From: Pasteurella multocida
GTDB lineage: Bacteria > Pseudomonadota > Gammaproteobacteria > Enterobacterales > Pasteurellaceae
Assembly: GCF_900187275.1 (NCBI RefSeq)
Contig: NZ_LT906458.1
Location: 2,238,954 to 2,270,953, forward strand
Reading direction: 5' to 3'
DNA: 32,000 nt
Part shown: positions 1-9,572 of the stretch, in pieces
Layout of the letters: every line of letters starts with the position of its first letter
Numbering within the stretch: the first letter of the stretch is position 1
The notes under the pieces: generated by a model
Database searches by the model: none
Told to the model about the DNA's origin: nothing
The model's input: the letters and a program-made list of their open reading frames with translations, nothing else
Program-made: the position numbers and the translations under genes

Positions 1-47
1 CGTCCTGATTTTTGCATCGCAATGCGCAGTCTTTTACTTTCAATCAT
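1..47 (-). CDS. hisG: ATP phosphoribosyltransferase HisG, N-terminal fragment (runs off window start)
   Basis: The minus strand from 47 reads ATG ATT GAA AGT AAA AGA CTG CGC ATT GCG ATG CAA AAA TCA GGA CG = MIESKRLRIAMQKSGR. This matches the conserved HisG N-terminus (..RLRIAMQKSGR..). It lies downstream of a his-type attenuator. Confidence 0.9.
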   Translation of the reverse strand, partial: MIESKRLRIAMQKSG

Positions 48-82
48 AATTCTTATCCTAGTAGATGTTGTTAATTTTAGTG

Positions 83-118
83 ATAAAAAAACCTCTCGAA
101 ATGGCTTCCGAGAGGTTT
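83..118 (-). terminator. his operon attenuator terminator hairpin
   Basis: Perfect 10-bp stem AAACCTCTCG (89-98) / CGAGAGGTTT (109-118). On the minus strand it is followed by a T-run (plus-strand A-run about 84-91). Confidence 0.88.
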
Positions 119-192
119 ATATTGTTCGTCATTTTATCGCACACTCGGAAGATTTGTTATCTTCCAAGCATCACAAAATACCCGAAAGATAA

Positions 193-234
193 TCAGGGTA
201 GATGGTGATGATGAGTCATGCGAGTAAAAATCAT
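193..234 (-). CDS. hisL: his operon leader peptide MIFTRMTHHHHLP
   Basis: ATG ATT TTT ACT CGC ATG ACT CAT CAT CAC CAT CTA CCC TGA on the minus strand. It has an AAGGA-type RBS six nt upstream and four consecutive His codons. Confidence 0.85.
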   Translation of the reverse strand: MIFTRMTHHHHLP

Positions 235-310
235 AGCGTTTCCTTATTGGTCAATTGCTATTCAAATTACTGTAAAAAAAATAAACTGGCAAGGATTTTT
301 TACAAAAAAT

Positions 311-1066
311 TTATATTTTTTTTGCTTTAATAAATAACAGCACAGGGCGGTGCTGTAAATCTTTAAATTCCTGTTGCCATTCTGGTTGATCGGCAAGCAT
401 GGGTTCTGCCATCTGCTCAATCTGAAAACCGGCTTGAATCAGTTGATTGACAATCGTTGCCGTAGTGCGATGATAGGTTTTAAACGGTTGTTTAAACCAA
501 TTACGCTCACGTTCACCTTCATCACGATAATAGTTCAACCGATATGCCACTTGGCGTTTGTGTTGATCTTTTTCCCAACGATCTCCTTCTTGATAGCAGG
601 TGACGATCGGATGTTCTTGCGAGAAAATCAGATAACCATTAGGGGTGAGTTTTTGGCGAATATCTTGCAGTAACTTGGCAAAATCTTGCACATAATGAAA
701 AGCAAAAGAGCTGGTGATGACATCAAAATTACTTTCTGGTAAATCCGCCAGTTGCTCCATGGACAATGGGTGGAGGGCAAAGTGCGGTCCATTTTGAAAA
801 TGTTTTGATAGATCATGCTCAGCTTGCTTCAACATGTTATGAGAAAGGTCAATGCCCACGACAAAGCGGGCATGACGTTGCAAATACAGCAGTAGATGAC
901 TACCGGTGCCACACCCCAGATCGAGCAATTTTTTATTGGTCAGATCGGGGAGCAAAGACAACATGGTCGGTTTTTCTACCACTTCATTTAAGCTGAGGGG
1001 ATTTTCCCGCAATTTTTGATACAACTCGAAAAATTGCGGGGCATCATAGACGCTTTTTTTCGTCAT
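311..1066 (-). CDS. Class I SAM-dependent methyltransferase
   Basis: Motif I LLDLGCGTGSHLLLYL, 'VVGIDLSHNML' and 'FDVITSSFAFHYVQDF'. The start is ambiguous: 1066 chosen, 1087 and 1111 are also in frame. Confidence 0.85.
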   Translation of the reverse strand: MTKKSVYDAPQFFELYQKLRENPLSLNEVVEKPTMLSLLPDLTNKKLLDLGCGTGSHLLLYLQRHARFVVGIDLSHNMLKQAEHDLSKHFQNGPHFALHPLSMEQLADLPESNFDVITSSFAFHYVQDFAKLLQDIRQKLTPNGYLIFSQEHPIVTCYQEGDRWEKDQHKRQVAYRLNYYRDEGERERNWFKQPFKTYHRTTATIVNQLIQAGFQIEQMAEPMLADQPEWQQEFKDLQHRPVLLFIKAKKI

Positions 1067-1067
1067 C

Positions 1068-2717
1068 TTATTTGAAGATGATGTCATCTTTTGGATCGTA
1101 TTTAGACGCATCTAACACTTTGTTTTCTTCAAAGTATTTTTTCAGCATCTCCGCATCGATAAAACCCGTATTGACATAACTTGGGTGTTTTTTCAAGACA
1201 GGATAGCCATCACCACCACCGGCGCAATAGTCTGGTACAGATACTTTATAGGTTTTGTTTAAATTCAGTGCTTTGCCACCGACTTTGACATCCGATACTT
1301 TTTGTGCGGTACGGTCCACTACCATGGAAAGCCCAGCAAATTGTGGGTAAGCACCGCTATCTACTTGTTTTAATGCCACCACATTGAGGTAGTCTAATAG
1401 CTCTTGCCCCGTGAAATCGACAGTGGCAATCATATTACCGAAAGGTTGTACGGTAAGGAGATCTTTATATGTCGTTTCTCCTTCGTTGATGTCGGTACGA
1501 ATCCCGCCTGAGTTCATGATCCCCACATCCGCTTTCACACGCTCCATTTGTGACTGAGCAATTAAACGTCCTAAGTTCGTTTGGTGGAAACGGATAATTT
1601 TACGATCACCGATAAATTTCCCTTTTACTTCCCCCACTTTCACGCCTAATAAACGATCGCCTTCGTCTTGGTATTTCTTCAAATGGGCAAAGACGGCTGG
1701 ATCTTCAGCAATTTCAGGCTGATACAGTTTGTATTCTGATTTGCCGTCTTCCAATTTGATTTTTTGTTTTAAGTTAATTGGAATTAACTCGTATTTCACC
1801 AATTTAGTTTCGCCATTTTTGAATTCAAAATCTGCACGACCAATGTATTTTCCCCATTCGCCCGCTTGGACAATCCAAGTGCCGTTTTGGAAATCAGGTT
1901 TACATGCTTCACCCGGCGTGTATTTCAGTTTGAATTGACCTTGTTCATCAATACACACCGTGTCGTGTGTATGACCACCGATAATTAAATCAAATGCGCC
2001 TTTATCTAGAGTACGTGCCATGGTGACATCGCCCGGTGCATTATGTCCGTGTTTACCATCAAAATAGTAGCCCATGTGGGTTAACGCAATACGGATATCC
2101 GGTTTTTCGGTTTGGTTAATTTCAGCCAAGGTGTTTTTGGCGGTTTCAATCGGGTTGTTAAAGATCACGTGATCAACCACATCAGGATTACCTAATTTAG
2201 CGGTATCTTCTGTGGTCAAACCAACGACAGCAATTTTGACATCCTCTTTGTTTAGTATCACATAAGGTTTGACTAAAGGTTTGTTGGTTTTTTTATTGAT
2301 GACGTTAGCTGAAATGAGGGGGAACTTCGCCCATTTTTCTTGCATTTCAAGCAATTGCATCGGGAAATCGAATTCATGGTTACCGAGTACTGCTACGTCA
2401 TAACCAATCATGTTCATACCCTCGATATCAGGTTTCGCATTTTGCATATCAGATTCAGGCACGCCTGTGTTGAAATCACCTGCATGCAGCAAAATCACTG
2501 AGCCACCTTTGCCTTCGACTTCTTTACGAATGTTATCAATTAAAGTTTTATGTGCAGCAAAACCATACTCGCCGTGACTGTTTTTCCAGAAATGACCGTG
2601 TGTGTCGTTGGCATGTAATACCGTAATATTGTAGGTTTTGTCTTGGGTATAAGCGTAAGCTTGACTGATTAACCCTAATGACAGGGCGATTGCACTCAAT
2701 TTTGTTAATTTTTTCAT
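1068..2717 (-). CDS. ushA: Bifunctional UDP-sugar hydrolase / 5'-nucleotidase
   Basis: Signal peptide MKKLTKLSAIALSLGLISQAYA, then YTQDKTYNITVLHANDTHGHFWKN, GNHEFDFP, LTHMGYYFDGKHG, GGHTHD. Close to the UshA pattern throughout. The ORF extends upstream to 2774, but 2717 gives the signal-peptide start. Confidence 0.92.
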   Translation of the reverse strand: MKKLTKLSAIALSLGLISQAYAYTQDKTYNITVLHANDTHGHFWKNSHGEYGFAAHKTLIDNIRKEVEGKGGSVILLHAGDFNTGVPESDMQNAKPDIEGMNMIGYDVAVLGNHEFDFPMQLLEMQEKWAKFPLISANVINKKTNKPLVKPYVILNKEDVKIAVVGLTTEDTAKLGNPDVVDHVIFNNPIETAKNTLAEINQTEKPDIRIALTHMGYYFDGKHGHNAPGDVTMARTLDKGAFDLIIGGHTHDTVCIDEQGQFKLKYTPGEACKPDFQNGTWIVQAGEWGKYIGRADFEFKNGETKLVKYELIPINLKQKIKLEDGKSEYKLYQPEIAEDPAVFAHLKKYQDEGDRLLGVKVGEVKGKFIGDRKIIRFHQTNLGRLIAQSQMERVKADVGIMNSGGIRTDINEGETTYKDLLTVQPFGNMIATVDFTGQELLDYLNVVALKQVDSGAYPQFAGLSMVVDRTAQKVSDVKVGGKALNLNKTYKVSVPDYCAGGGDGYPVLKKHPSYVNTGFIDAEMLKKYFEENKVLDASKYDPKDDIIFK

Positions 2718-2804
2718 GGTAAACCTCTTAAGAGAAAAAAATCCGCTAACTATATACTTAAAATTTTGTGTCAAGCCAAGTACTTTGCATTAAATTTGTG
2801 AGCT

Positions 2805-4061
2805 TTAACCTAAAAATGTCGGTAAAACACCAAATTGAGCAGCAATTTGTGCCAAAATATTTAACAAACCAAATAAAATCACAAAATAAATCATGAAGTT
2901 ACCACCATAAACAGTATAGTGGGACTCCGTGAAACGCTGGCGTGTGGCTTTCGCTAATAGGGCTGGGACAATCGCTGCCCAAATGGTGGCGGCTAAGCCA
3001 GCATATCCAATTGCCACGACAAACCCATAAGGGAATTGTAAGCTGAGCAAGAGCGGTGGCAGAAAGGTCACTAACGTGGTTTTAGTTCGCCCTAAGCTAC
3101 TGTCATCAAATTTTAATAAGTCCGCAAGGTAATCAAATAAGCCCAAACTGACGCCTAAAAATGAGCTTGCAATCGCCATATAAGCAAAGAAATTAAGTAC
3201 GACGCCCATGTAATCGGTTTGGATATATTGCGATAAGGCTTTTAGTAAGGCAGCAATATCACCCCCTTTTTCAATGACTGGTGCAAATTGATGGCGAGGT
3301 AAATTCCCTTGTACCGCAAGCTGCCAAAATGCATAGATCACGAAGGCGATACCGGTACCGAGGAAGATTGCTTTGACCACAGATTGAGCATGACGATCGT
3401 AGTATTTTACTAAGCTTGGTACATTACCGTGAAAGCCAAAGGAGACTAAGCAAACAGGAAGTGCAGTGAGAAGATAAGGTAAATAGTGTGTTTCTCCTTG
3501 CGCAAGATTATTGAAAAGCACATCACTTCTGACAGAAGCCATGAGTCCACTCGTGGAAAGAAGAAAGGCGATGATCATGCCACCGATCAGTACAGTGGTA
3601 AAACGATCCACGGCTTTAGTTGATAACCAGACAAATCCAGCGAGCACGCAACAAAAAAGTAAAGACCCCACGCCGCGTCCAATTTCCACCGTATTGTCAG
3701 GGCGGCTGAGAACTTGATTTAAGAGATGTTGGGTAATGCCACCACCAGATGTGATATAAGCATACGTTAAAATATATAATACAAAAGCGATAGATAAGCC
3801 ATTGATGAGATTCCAGCGTTTGCCGAGTAAATCTTTCACGATGGTGTCAAAACTCGCCCCTGTTGGGTAGTGTAAATTGGCTTCAAGGATCATTAAGCCT
3901 GACGTGGTCATGCAAAACCAAGTGTAGGCTAATAGAAGAAGAGAACCGATAAACCAAACGCCTGCTGTAGCAGTTGGATTGGCTAACATACCAGCACCGA
4001 TCGCTGTACCGGCAATAATCATGGCGCCACCTAAAAGAGAAGGCAATTGTTTTGTTGTCAT
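2805..4061 (-). CDS. mtr: Tryptophan-specific permease (HAAAP family)
   Basis: SLLGGAMIIAGTAIGAGMLANP, WFCMTTSGLMILEANLHYPTGASFDTIVKDLLGKRWN and VSFGFHGNVPSLVKYY match Mtr better than TyrP. Confidence 0.87.
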   Translation of the reverse strand: MTTKQLPSLLGGAMIIAGTAIGAGMLANPTATAGVWFIGSLLLLAYTWFCMTTSGLMILEANLHYPTGASFDTIVKDLLGKRWNLINGLSIAFVLYILTYAYITSGGGITQHLLNQVLSRPDNTVEIGRGVGSLLFCCVLAGFVWLSTKAVDRFTTVLIGGMIIAFLLSTSGLMASVRSDVLFNNLAQGETHYLPYLLTALPVCLVSFGFHGNVPSLVKYYDRHAQSVVKAIFLGTGIAFVIYAFWQLAVQGNLPRHQFAPVIEKGGDIAALLKALSQYIQTDYMGVVLNFFAYMAIASSFLGVSLGLFDYLADLLKFDDSSLGRTKTTLVTFLPPLLLSLQFPYGFVVAIGYAGLAATIWAAIVPALLAKATRQRFTESHYTVYGGNFMIYFVILFGLLNILAQIAAQFGVLPTFLG

Positions 4062-4268
4062 AAAAGTACCACTGTGTTGTTATGAGTTCATAAAAAATTT
4101 GCACTATTTTAATAGTGCAAAAATAAAAAGCAATGGATTTTTGTTAAACAACGCAATTATTTTGGGCGTCTGTTGAGATGAACAGGGCGATATCTCGACA
4201 AGTTTGTGCGAATAACGCTATAATTGAGTGCTTTTATTTATAATTAACTTGAAATAAGGAATACGAAA

Positions 4269-4796
4269 ATGGGTTTAGAAACCGTACCGGCAGGTAAAGC
4301 ATTGCCAGATGATATTTATGTTGTGATTGAAATTCCTGCTAATTCAGATCCAATTAAATATGAAGTGGATAAAGAAAGTGGCGCGTTGTTTGTTGACCGT
4401 TTTATGGCGACAGCGATGTTCTATCCAGCAAACTATGGTTATGTGAATAACACATTGTCTTTAGATGGTGACCCTGTTGATGTATTAGTCCCGACGCCAT
4501 ACCCATTACAACCGGGCTCGGTGATTCGTTGCCGTCCAGTTGGGGTATTAAAAATGACAGATGAAGCTGGAAGTGATGCGAAAGTGGTGGCAGTACCACA
4601 CAGCAAATTAACCAAAGAATACGATCATATTAAAGATGTGAATGATTTACCGGCATTATTAAAAGCACAAATCCAACACTTCTTCGAAAGCTACAAAGCA
4701 TTAGAAGCGGGTAAATGGGTGAAAGTAGATGGTTGGGAAGGTGTTGATGCCGCCCGTCAAGAAATTTTAGATTCATTTGAACGTGCAAAAAAATAA
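4269..4796 (+). CDS. ppa: Inorganic pyrophosphatase
   Basis: [42 protein letters not shown] and GDPVDVLV are signatures of family I PPase. Confidence 0.97.
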
Positions 4797-4811
4797 CATT
4801 TTTGTTTTAAT

Positions 4812-4837
4812 ACCGCTTGAAAGAGCGGTATTTTTTT
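4812..4837 (+). terminator. Rho-independent terminator after ppa
   Basis: ATACCGCT (4812-4819) gaaaga-type loop AGCGGTAT (4826-4833) followed by a T-run. Confidence 0.8.
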
Positions 4838-4859
4838 ATCTAAATTGAGTGAGGACTTT

Positions 4860-5633
4860 ATGATGAAATTGACTAAAAGGTTACTATGGGTGCCTGCTTT
4901 CGCCTTGATATTGCATGCTTGTGCGGATTCTGCCAGTATTAATCAATACTCTGCGTCTTCTTATCGACAAACGATTAATGAGGCTCGTAGTAAAGGTGTG
5001 TTAGATACGTCCTCTGCTACGGCCAAACGTATCCATGCGATATTCAATAAAATGGTGCCTTATGCGAATGCAGAAAATCAGACAGGGCAACCTTTCCATT
5101 GGCAGATGAGTGTAATCAAATCAAAAGAATTAAATGCTTGGGCGATGCCGGGTGGCAAAATGGCATTCTATACGGGATTAGTGGATACATTGCAATTAAC
5201 CAATGATGAAATTGCGACGGTGATTGGTCATGAAATGGCACATGCGCTGAAAGAACATGGCAAGAAAAAAGTCAATATGGGGCAATTTACGGATGTGTTA
5301 GCACAAGTCAGTCATATTGCACTTTCTAGTGCAATTGGTAGTGATGGCAGTGCGATGGTGGTTGGTTTGACCAAAGATTGGGCGTTAGATAAACCTTATT
5401 CACGTAGCAATGAAACCGAAGCGGATGAGGTCGGACTTATGTTGATGGCAAAATCCGGCTTTAATCCACAGGCTGCTCCTCGTGTGTGGGAAAAAATGCA
5501 ACGGGCATCATCAGGCAGTCGTGGTGTATTAGCTGCGTTATCTTCTACCCACCCAAACGATGCAGAACGCCAGAAAAATTTATTACGCCTCATGCCAAAA
5601 GCCATGGCACTCTACCAGAACGCAGCAAAATAA
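4860..5633 (+). CDS. M48 family metallopeptidase, lipoprotein (LoiP/YggG-like)
   Basis: HEMAH zinc-binding motif, downstream ETEADEVGLMLMAKSGFNP and a lipobox-like LHAC. The ATG at 4860 has an upstream GAGTGAGGA RBS; the supplied ORF begins at a GTG at 4845. Confidence 0.88.
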   Translation: MMKLTKRLLWVPAFALILHACADSASINQYSASSYRQTINEARSKGVLDTSSATAKRIHAIFNKMVPYANAENQTGQPFHWQMSVIKSKELNAWAMPGGKMAFYTGLVDTLQLTNDEIATVIGHEMAHALKEHGKKKVNMGQFTDVLAQVSHIALSSAIGSDGSAMVVGLTKDWALDKPYSRSNETEADEVGLMLMAKSGFNPQAAPRVWEKMQRASSGSRGVLAALSSTHPNDAERQKNLLRLMPKAMALYQNAAK

Positions 5634-5663
5634 TTATTTCGCTTCGCTTTGATAAATAAAAGA

Positions 5664-5704
5664 AAATGGGTTAATCCAAATTTTATGGATTAACCCATTT
5701 TTAT
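5664..5704. terminator. Bidirectional terminator between convergent genes
   Basis: AAATGGGTTAATCCA (5664-5678) / TGGATTAACCCATTT (5686-5700), with flanking A and T runs. Confidence 0.85.
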
Positions 5705-5727
5705 TATAAGCTATCGATAAATCCTTG

Positions 5728-6198
5728 CTAGGCGATCCGACTAATCAAAAAACCAATGATAAAACTGACAACGACAGTAAATAAGGCACTTAATACCAGT
5801 GCACGAGTAGCGGTCTTAGTAAAAAAGTGAGGTTTAAATAATGCAGGATAAACTCCAGCCAGTGCAGCACCAATAAGCCAGAAAAAATAAATCACCCATA
5901 TTGCGGCAGCGCCTTTAGGATCATCCATAGTACTGCTTGTTATCGCGAAGAAAAGAAACAATCCAAACGCAGATAGGGCGCTTCCTGTTACCGCGGCAGG
6001 ACGGACAAAAAGATAGGGGAACCAAGCGCAAACGAAAGGCAAGCTAAGAGAGAGAAGATTGGATAGCGCAAAGTACATTAAGTCAGCAGAAGACAAATTG
6101 AGTGGCTTATTTAAAAAATAGCTACTGAGAAAAGCATAAGTCATGATGATGATTGTACTCAGTACAACACTGATTTGGGCAAGCCGTTTTTCAGTCAT
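5728..6198 (-). CDS. Small integral membrane protein, function unknown
   Basis: 156-aa ORF with about 4-5 hydrophobic segments and no family I recognise. It ends near a terminator. Confidence 0.65.
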   Translation of the reverse strand: MTEKRLAQISVVLSTIIIMTYAFLSSYFLNKPLNLSSADLMYFALSNLLSLSLPFVCAWFPYLFVRPAAVTGSALSAFGLFLFFAITSSTMDDPKGAAAIWVIYFFWLIGAALAGVYPALFKPHFFTKTATRALVLSALFTVVVSFIIGFLISRIA

Positions 6199-6330
6199 TT
6201 TTTATTTACCTTATTGATGAGCAGAAGATAATCGTTAGATATCCTAATAGGAAGATAAAAAATGCACAAGTTTTTATGAAAGATGTCCTAGATAAGTACA
6301 CAAATGAGAGGAATTCTAATAGAGAGAAAA

Positions 6331-6355
6331 AAGTGCGGTAAATTTTACCGCACTT
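6331..6355 (-). terminator. tonB terminator formed by inverted uptake signal sequences
   Basis: AAGTGCGGT (6331-6339) and ACCGCACTT (6347-6355) form a hairpin just downstream of the tonB stop. Confidence 0.8.
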
Positions 6356-6357
6356 TT

Positions 6358-7128
6358 TTAATTTGTGATTCTGAAACTGACAGGAACGCTCACTTCATTT
6401 GGCATACCAACAGGCAGTGGACCAATTGGACGGGCATTATTGACAGCTACCAGTGCAGCGTTATCTAATTCTTCTGAGCCGGAAGATTTGCTGATTCGCG
6501 CATTACTAATTACGCCGGCATTATTAAGATGGAACGTGATTGTTACCACACCTTGTTTGCGCATCATGCGTGCACGGTTTGGATAGCGTTTATGTTTTTC
6601 AATTTCTCTGCGTAAAGCCGAGCGATAAGCATTGACTTCATCTGTGCTATTACCTTTACCGACCAGATTCGGATTATTGGTTGTGATGTTGCCTGTTGTG
6701 GTCGCTTGTTGATTGATCGATGAATTAGAATCAATTTGGCGATCTGACTTTGGTAAATCACGTTGTTCTTTCTTCGGTTTTTTCGGCTTTTCTTTTGGTT
6801 TTTCTTTCGGTTTCTCTTTTGGCTTTTCAGGCTCTTTTGGTTTTTCGGGTTCTTTTGGTGGCTCAGGTTTTACCGTCGGATCTGCGACTACTTCTTTTGG
6901 CAGTTCAGGTTCTACTACCGGAGGCGCCGGCTCTGGTTCCGGCTCTGGTTCTTCTAAAACGGTAGCCGCCAGCATTTCCATGGAAATATGAGTTGAGATG
7001 ATATCGGCAGCAAATCCATTCGCGCTGTCATCGTCTTTTTGTACAATCCAATACAGGAAAGAGACAAAACTTGCGTGAAAAAGCAATGAAATTGCAAACC
7101 CGATGCAAGAACGACTTTTATCTATCAT
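6358..7128 (-). CDS. tonB: Energy transducer TonB
   Basis: N-terminal TM anchor, Pro/Glu/Lys-rich spacer ([11 protein letters not shown]...[16 protein letters not shown]) and C-terminal TonB box domain ([48 protein letters not shown]). Adjacent to exbD and exbB. Confidence 0.95.
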   Translation of the reverse strand: MIDKSRSCIGFAISLLFHASFVSFLYWIVQKDDDSANGFAADIISTHISMEMLAATVLEEPEPEPEPAPPVVEPELPKEVVADPTVKPEPPKEPEKPKEPEKPKEKPKEKPKEKPKKPKKEQRDLPKSDRQIDSNSSINQQATTTGNITTNNPNLVGKGNSTDEVNAYRSALRREIEKHKRYPNRARMMRKQGVVTITFHLNNAGVISNARISKSSGSEELDNAALVAVNNARPIGPLPVGMPNEVSVPVSFRITN

Positions 7129-7514
7129 TGAGATGCCTTTTCTTTAACCGTCACGATAGCGACATTTTTAATTTCATTTTTAGCCATAATATCAGTGATA
7201 GAAACGAAATCTTGGAAACTGGATTTTGCATCTACCTTCAAGGTGACTTTTTGATCTTTTTCCCAATTACTGATTTCTTGTTCCAATGCCTCTATCGTAA
7301 TCGGTTTATCGTGATAAAAAATTTCACCGCTTTCCGTAATAGTCAGCAATTTGGCTAAATCATCTGAACGAAACGCAACTGTTGAACTTGCTTTTGGTAC
7401 ATTCACTTGGATTTTACCTTGTGAAATAAAAGAGGCTGTAATCAGAACGATAGCCAATAGTACCAACATGATGTCAATAAAAGGGATAATGTTGATTTCA
7501 TCAAACTTTTTCAT
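7125..7514 (-). CDS. exbD: Biopolymer transport protein ExbD
   Basis: [30 protein letters not shown] is the ExbD/TolR signature. Overlaps the tonB start by 4 nt. Confidence 0.95.
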   Translation of the reverse strand: MKKFDEINIIPFIDIMLVLLAIVLITASFISQGKIQVNVPKASSTVAFRSDDLAKLLTITESGEIFYHDKPITIEALEQEISNWEKDQKVTLKVDAKSSFQDFVSITDIMAKNEIKNVAIVTVKEKASQ

Positions 7515-7523
7515 GACGGCTCC

Positions 7524-7982
7524 CTATGCTTGTTGTTTGGCTTTTTTCTCATTTAAGGCAAACCATTTCAAACGATTAACTTCGACTTTACGTCCTAAAC
7601 CGTTGTAACACACCATTGCAGGAATGGCGACTAAAATACCTACTGCTGTGGCTTTTAAGGCTAATGATAAGTGCACCATAATGGCCGCCGCATCAATATC
7701 GCCACCGGAGTGACCTAATTCATAGAAAGTTAAGAGAATACCAATGACGGTACCAAGCAAACCTACATAAGGTGCATTAGAACCGATTGTAGAGATAGCT
7801 GTGAGGTGGCGTTGTAAGTCAATGTCTAATTCATGTATGCTTTCATAAGATGCCACGTTGACGCGACTTAAGAAAAGAAAGCGTTCAATCACAAGCCAAA
7901 CCATAATAAAGCTCATGAAGGCAAGTAAGCCTAGAATAATGTAATCAATATATTGTTGTAAGAATTGGAATAATTGTGGCAT
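7524..7982 (-). CDS. exbB: Biopolymer transport protein ExbB
   Basis: [25 protein letters not shown]...[20 protein letters not shown], MotA/TolQ/ExbB domain. Confidence 0.95.
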   Translation of the reverse strand: MPQLFQFLQQYIDYIILGLLAFMSFIMVWLVIERFLFLSRVNVASYESIHELDIDLQRHLTAISTIGSNAPYVGLLGTVIGILLTFYELGHSGGDIDAAAIMVHLSLALKATAVGILVAIPAMVCYNGLGRKVEVNRLKWFALNEKKAKQQA

Positions 7983-8033
7983 TTTAATAATCCTTTAATT
8001 TGTATCGCAAAATAAGGTTGAACATTATACGGT

Positions 8034-8052
8034 ATTGAGAATTAATTTCAAT
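8034..8052 (-). promoter_or_regulatory. Candidate Fur box upstream of exbB-exbD-tonB
   Basis: ATTGAGAATTAATTTCAAT, an imperfect 19-bp palindrome resembling the Fur box, about 52 nt upstream of the exbB start. Confidence 0.5.
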
Positions 8053-8173
8053 TGCAAGATTCTAGCAAAAGCCAAAAACGGGGTAAATAAGAAATTCGTG
8101 CGATTTAGGATGATTATTTATCCAATGTTGAATAAATGTTGTGTTGGATCAAACATTCATGTACGGAATAAAA

Positions 8174-8198
8174 AAGCGATGTCTTGATGACATCGCTT
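8174..8198 (-). terminator. Terminator downstream of the corB/yfjD-type gene
   Basis: AAGCGATGTC (8174-8183) / GACATCGCTT (8189-8198), with a T-run on the minus strand. Confidence 0.8.
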
Positions 8199-8212
8199 AG
8201 CCAGATGTTGAA

Positions 8213-9472
8213 TTAAAGTTTAATGACTTTGGCTTGTTTAATCATGTTGTCATTCACTTCTAGAATCGTGATTTGTAGCCCATTAATTTCACATACCGTT
8301 CCTTCTTCTGGAATTTCTTCTAAATGCTCTAAAATTAAGCCGTTGAAGGTACGTGCATCTTCGGTATCGAGATTCCAGTCAAATAATTTATTCAAATCAC
8401 GTAAATTGGCGGATCCCTCAATGATAAGCGAACCGTCTGATTGTGGGATAACTTCATCGTTAATTGATGGGGCTGTTGAAGTGGTAAATTCACCGACAAT
8501 CTCTTCTAAGATATCTTCTAAGGTGACTAAGCCTTTAATATCACCATATTCATCTACAACTAAACCAATCCTTTCTTTATTGTTGCGGAAATTTAATAAT
8601 TGGCTATTCAGTGGCGTACCTTCAGGAATAAAATACACTTCATCGGCGGCACGGATTAAAGTTTCTTTGTTAAATTCATTTTTATCGAGCATTAAGCGAT
8701 AGGCTTCACGTACACGTAACATCCCCAAAATATTTTCATCCATATTTCCTTTATACAGTACAACACGCCCGTGCGCTGCATGGTTAAGTTGACGCATAAT
8801 GGCTTTCCAATCATCGTCAATATCAATACCCCCAATGTCATTACGTGGCACCATAATGTCATCTACGGTGACCCCTTCTAAATCCAAAATAGATAACAGC
8901 ATTTCTTGGTGGGCGGAAGGAATAAATTTACCTGATTCATTTACGATGGAACGTAATTCCTCTGGGCTTAATGAGGTTGATTTATTATCTGATTTTAGAC
9001 GTAATAGTGCCAAAATCCCCTGAATAATTAAATTCATTAAATAGACCAGCGGGGTAAAAAGTCGCAGAAAAACGGACAACAAATGACTGGACGTGAATGC
9101 CACTTTTTCTGGATAACGGGCGGCGATAGTTTTCGGCAAAATTTCGGCAAAAATAAGCATCACAAAGGTTAATGCCCCAGTTGCAATGGCGACTCCCGCA
9201 TCGCCATATAAGCGCATGCCGATAATCGTGGTAATGGCAGAAGCAGTAATATTGACTAAGTTATTACAAATTAAAATCAGGCTAAGCAAAACATCTGTTT
9301 TTTTCAGTAATTTTTCCGCTTTTTTCGCACCTCTATGCCCTTTTTCGGCTAAATGGCGTAGTCGATAACGATTGGCAGACAACAAACCGGTTTCAGAGCC
9401 TGAAAAATAAGCAGAGATGATCAATAAGATGATGAGTGTAATAAAGAGGGTACTAAGGGGAATACTGTCCAA
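8213..9472 (-). CDS. HlyC/CorC (CNNM) family transporter, CorB/YfjD-like
   Basis: N-terminal DUF21-like TM domain (AYFSGSETGLLSANRYRLRHLAEKGHRGAKKAEKLL), CBS domains and a C-terminal CorC_HlyC domain. Near ypjD and ffh, as in other gammaproteobacteria. Confidence 0.88.
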   Translation of the reverse strand: MDSIPLSTLFITLIILLIISAYFSGSETGLLSANRYRLRHLAEKGHRGAKKAEKLLKKTDVLLSLILICNNLVNITASAITTIIGMRLYGDAGVAIATGALTFVMLIFAEILPKTIAARYPEKVAFTSSHLLSVFLRLFTPLVYLMNLIIQGILALLRLKSDNKSTSLSPEELRSIVNESGKFIPSAHQEMLLSILDLEGVTVDDIMVPRNDIGGIDIDDDWKAIMRQLNHAAHGRVVLYKGNMDENILGMLRVREAYRLMLDKNEFNKETLIRAADEVYFIPEGTPLNSQLLNFRNNKERIGLVVDEYGDIKGLVTLEDILEEIVGEFTTSTAPSINDEVIPQSDGSLIIEGSANLRDLNKLFDWNLDTEDARTFNGLILEHLEEIPEEGTVCEINGLQITILEVNDNMIKQAKVIKL

Positions 9473-9506
9473 AATGCATCCTTTTGCGAGTTAATCAAAA
9501 ATCGAA

Positions 9507-9542
9507 AAGTGCGGTCATTTTTTCGTTTTTTGAACCGCACTT
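9507..9542. terminator. Inverted uptake-signal pair, likely terminator
   Basis: AAGTGCGGT (9507-9515) and ACCGCACTT (9534-9542) between the YfjD-type and YpjD-type genes. Confidence 0.6.
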
Positions 9543-9572
9543 TTACTATGGCGTAGCATAAATAAATCTTGT

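Larger units (their letters stand above)
83..234 (-). promoter_or_regulatory. Histidine operon attenuator (leader plus alternative hairpins)
   Basis: Minus-strand RNA contains four elements. A His-codon leader. CAUCAC (205-210) pairing with GUGAUG (169-174). GGAAGAT (159-165) pairing with ATCTTCC (147-153). CTTCCGAG, overlapping that arm, can pair with CTCGGAAG, overlapping the terminator 5' arm (antiterminator). The terminator precedes hisG. Confidence 0.85.

Noticed and set aside
6564-6991. Overlapping low-complexity ORFs ([10 protein letters not shown]..., [14 protein letters not shown]...) opposite tonB
   Set aside because: They are complements of the TonB Pro/Lys/Glu spacer and not real proteins.
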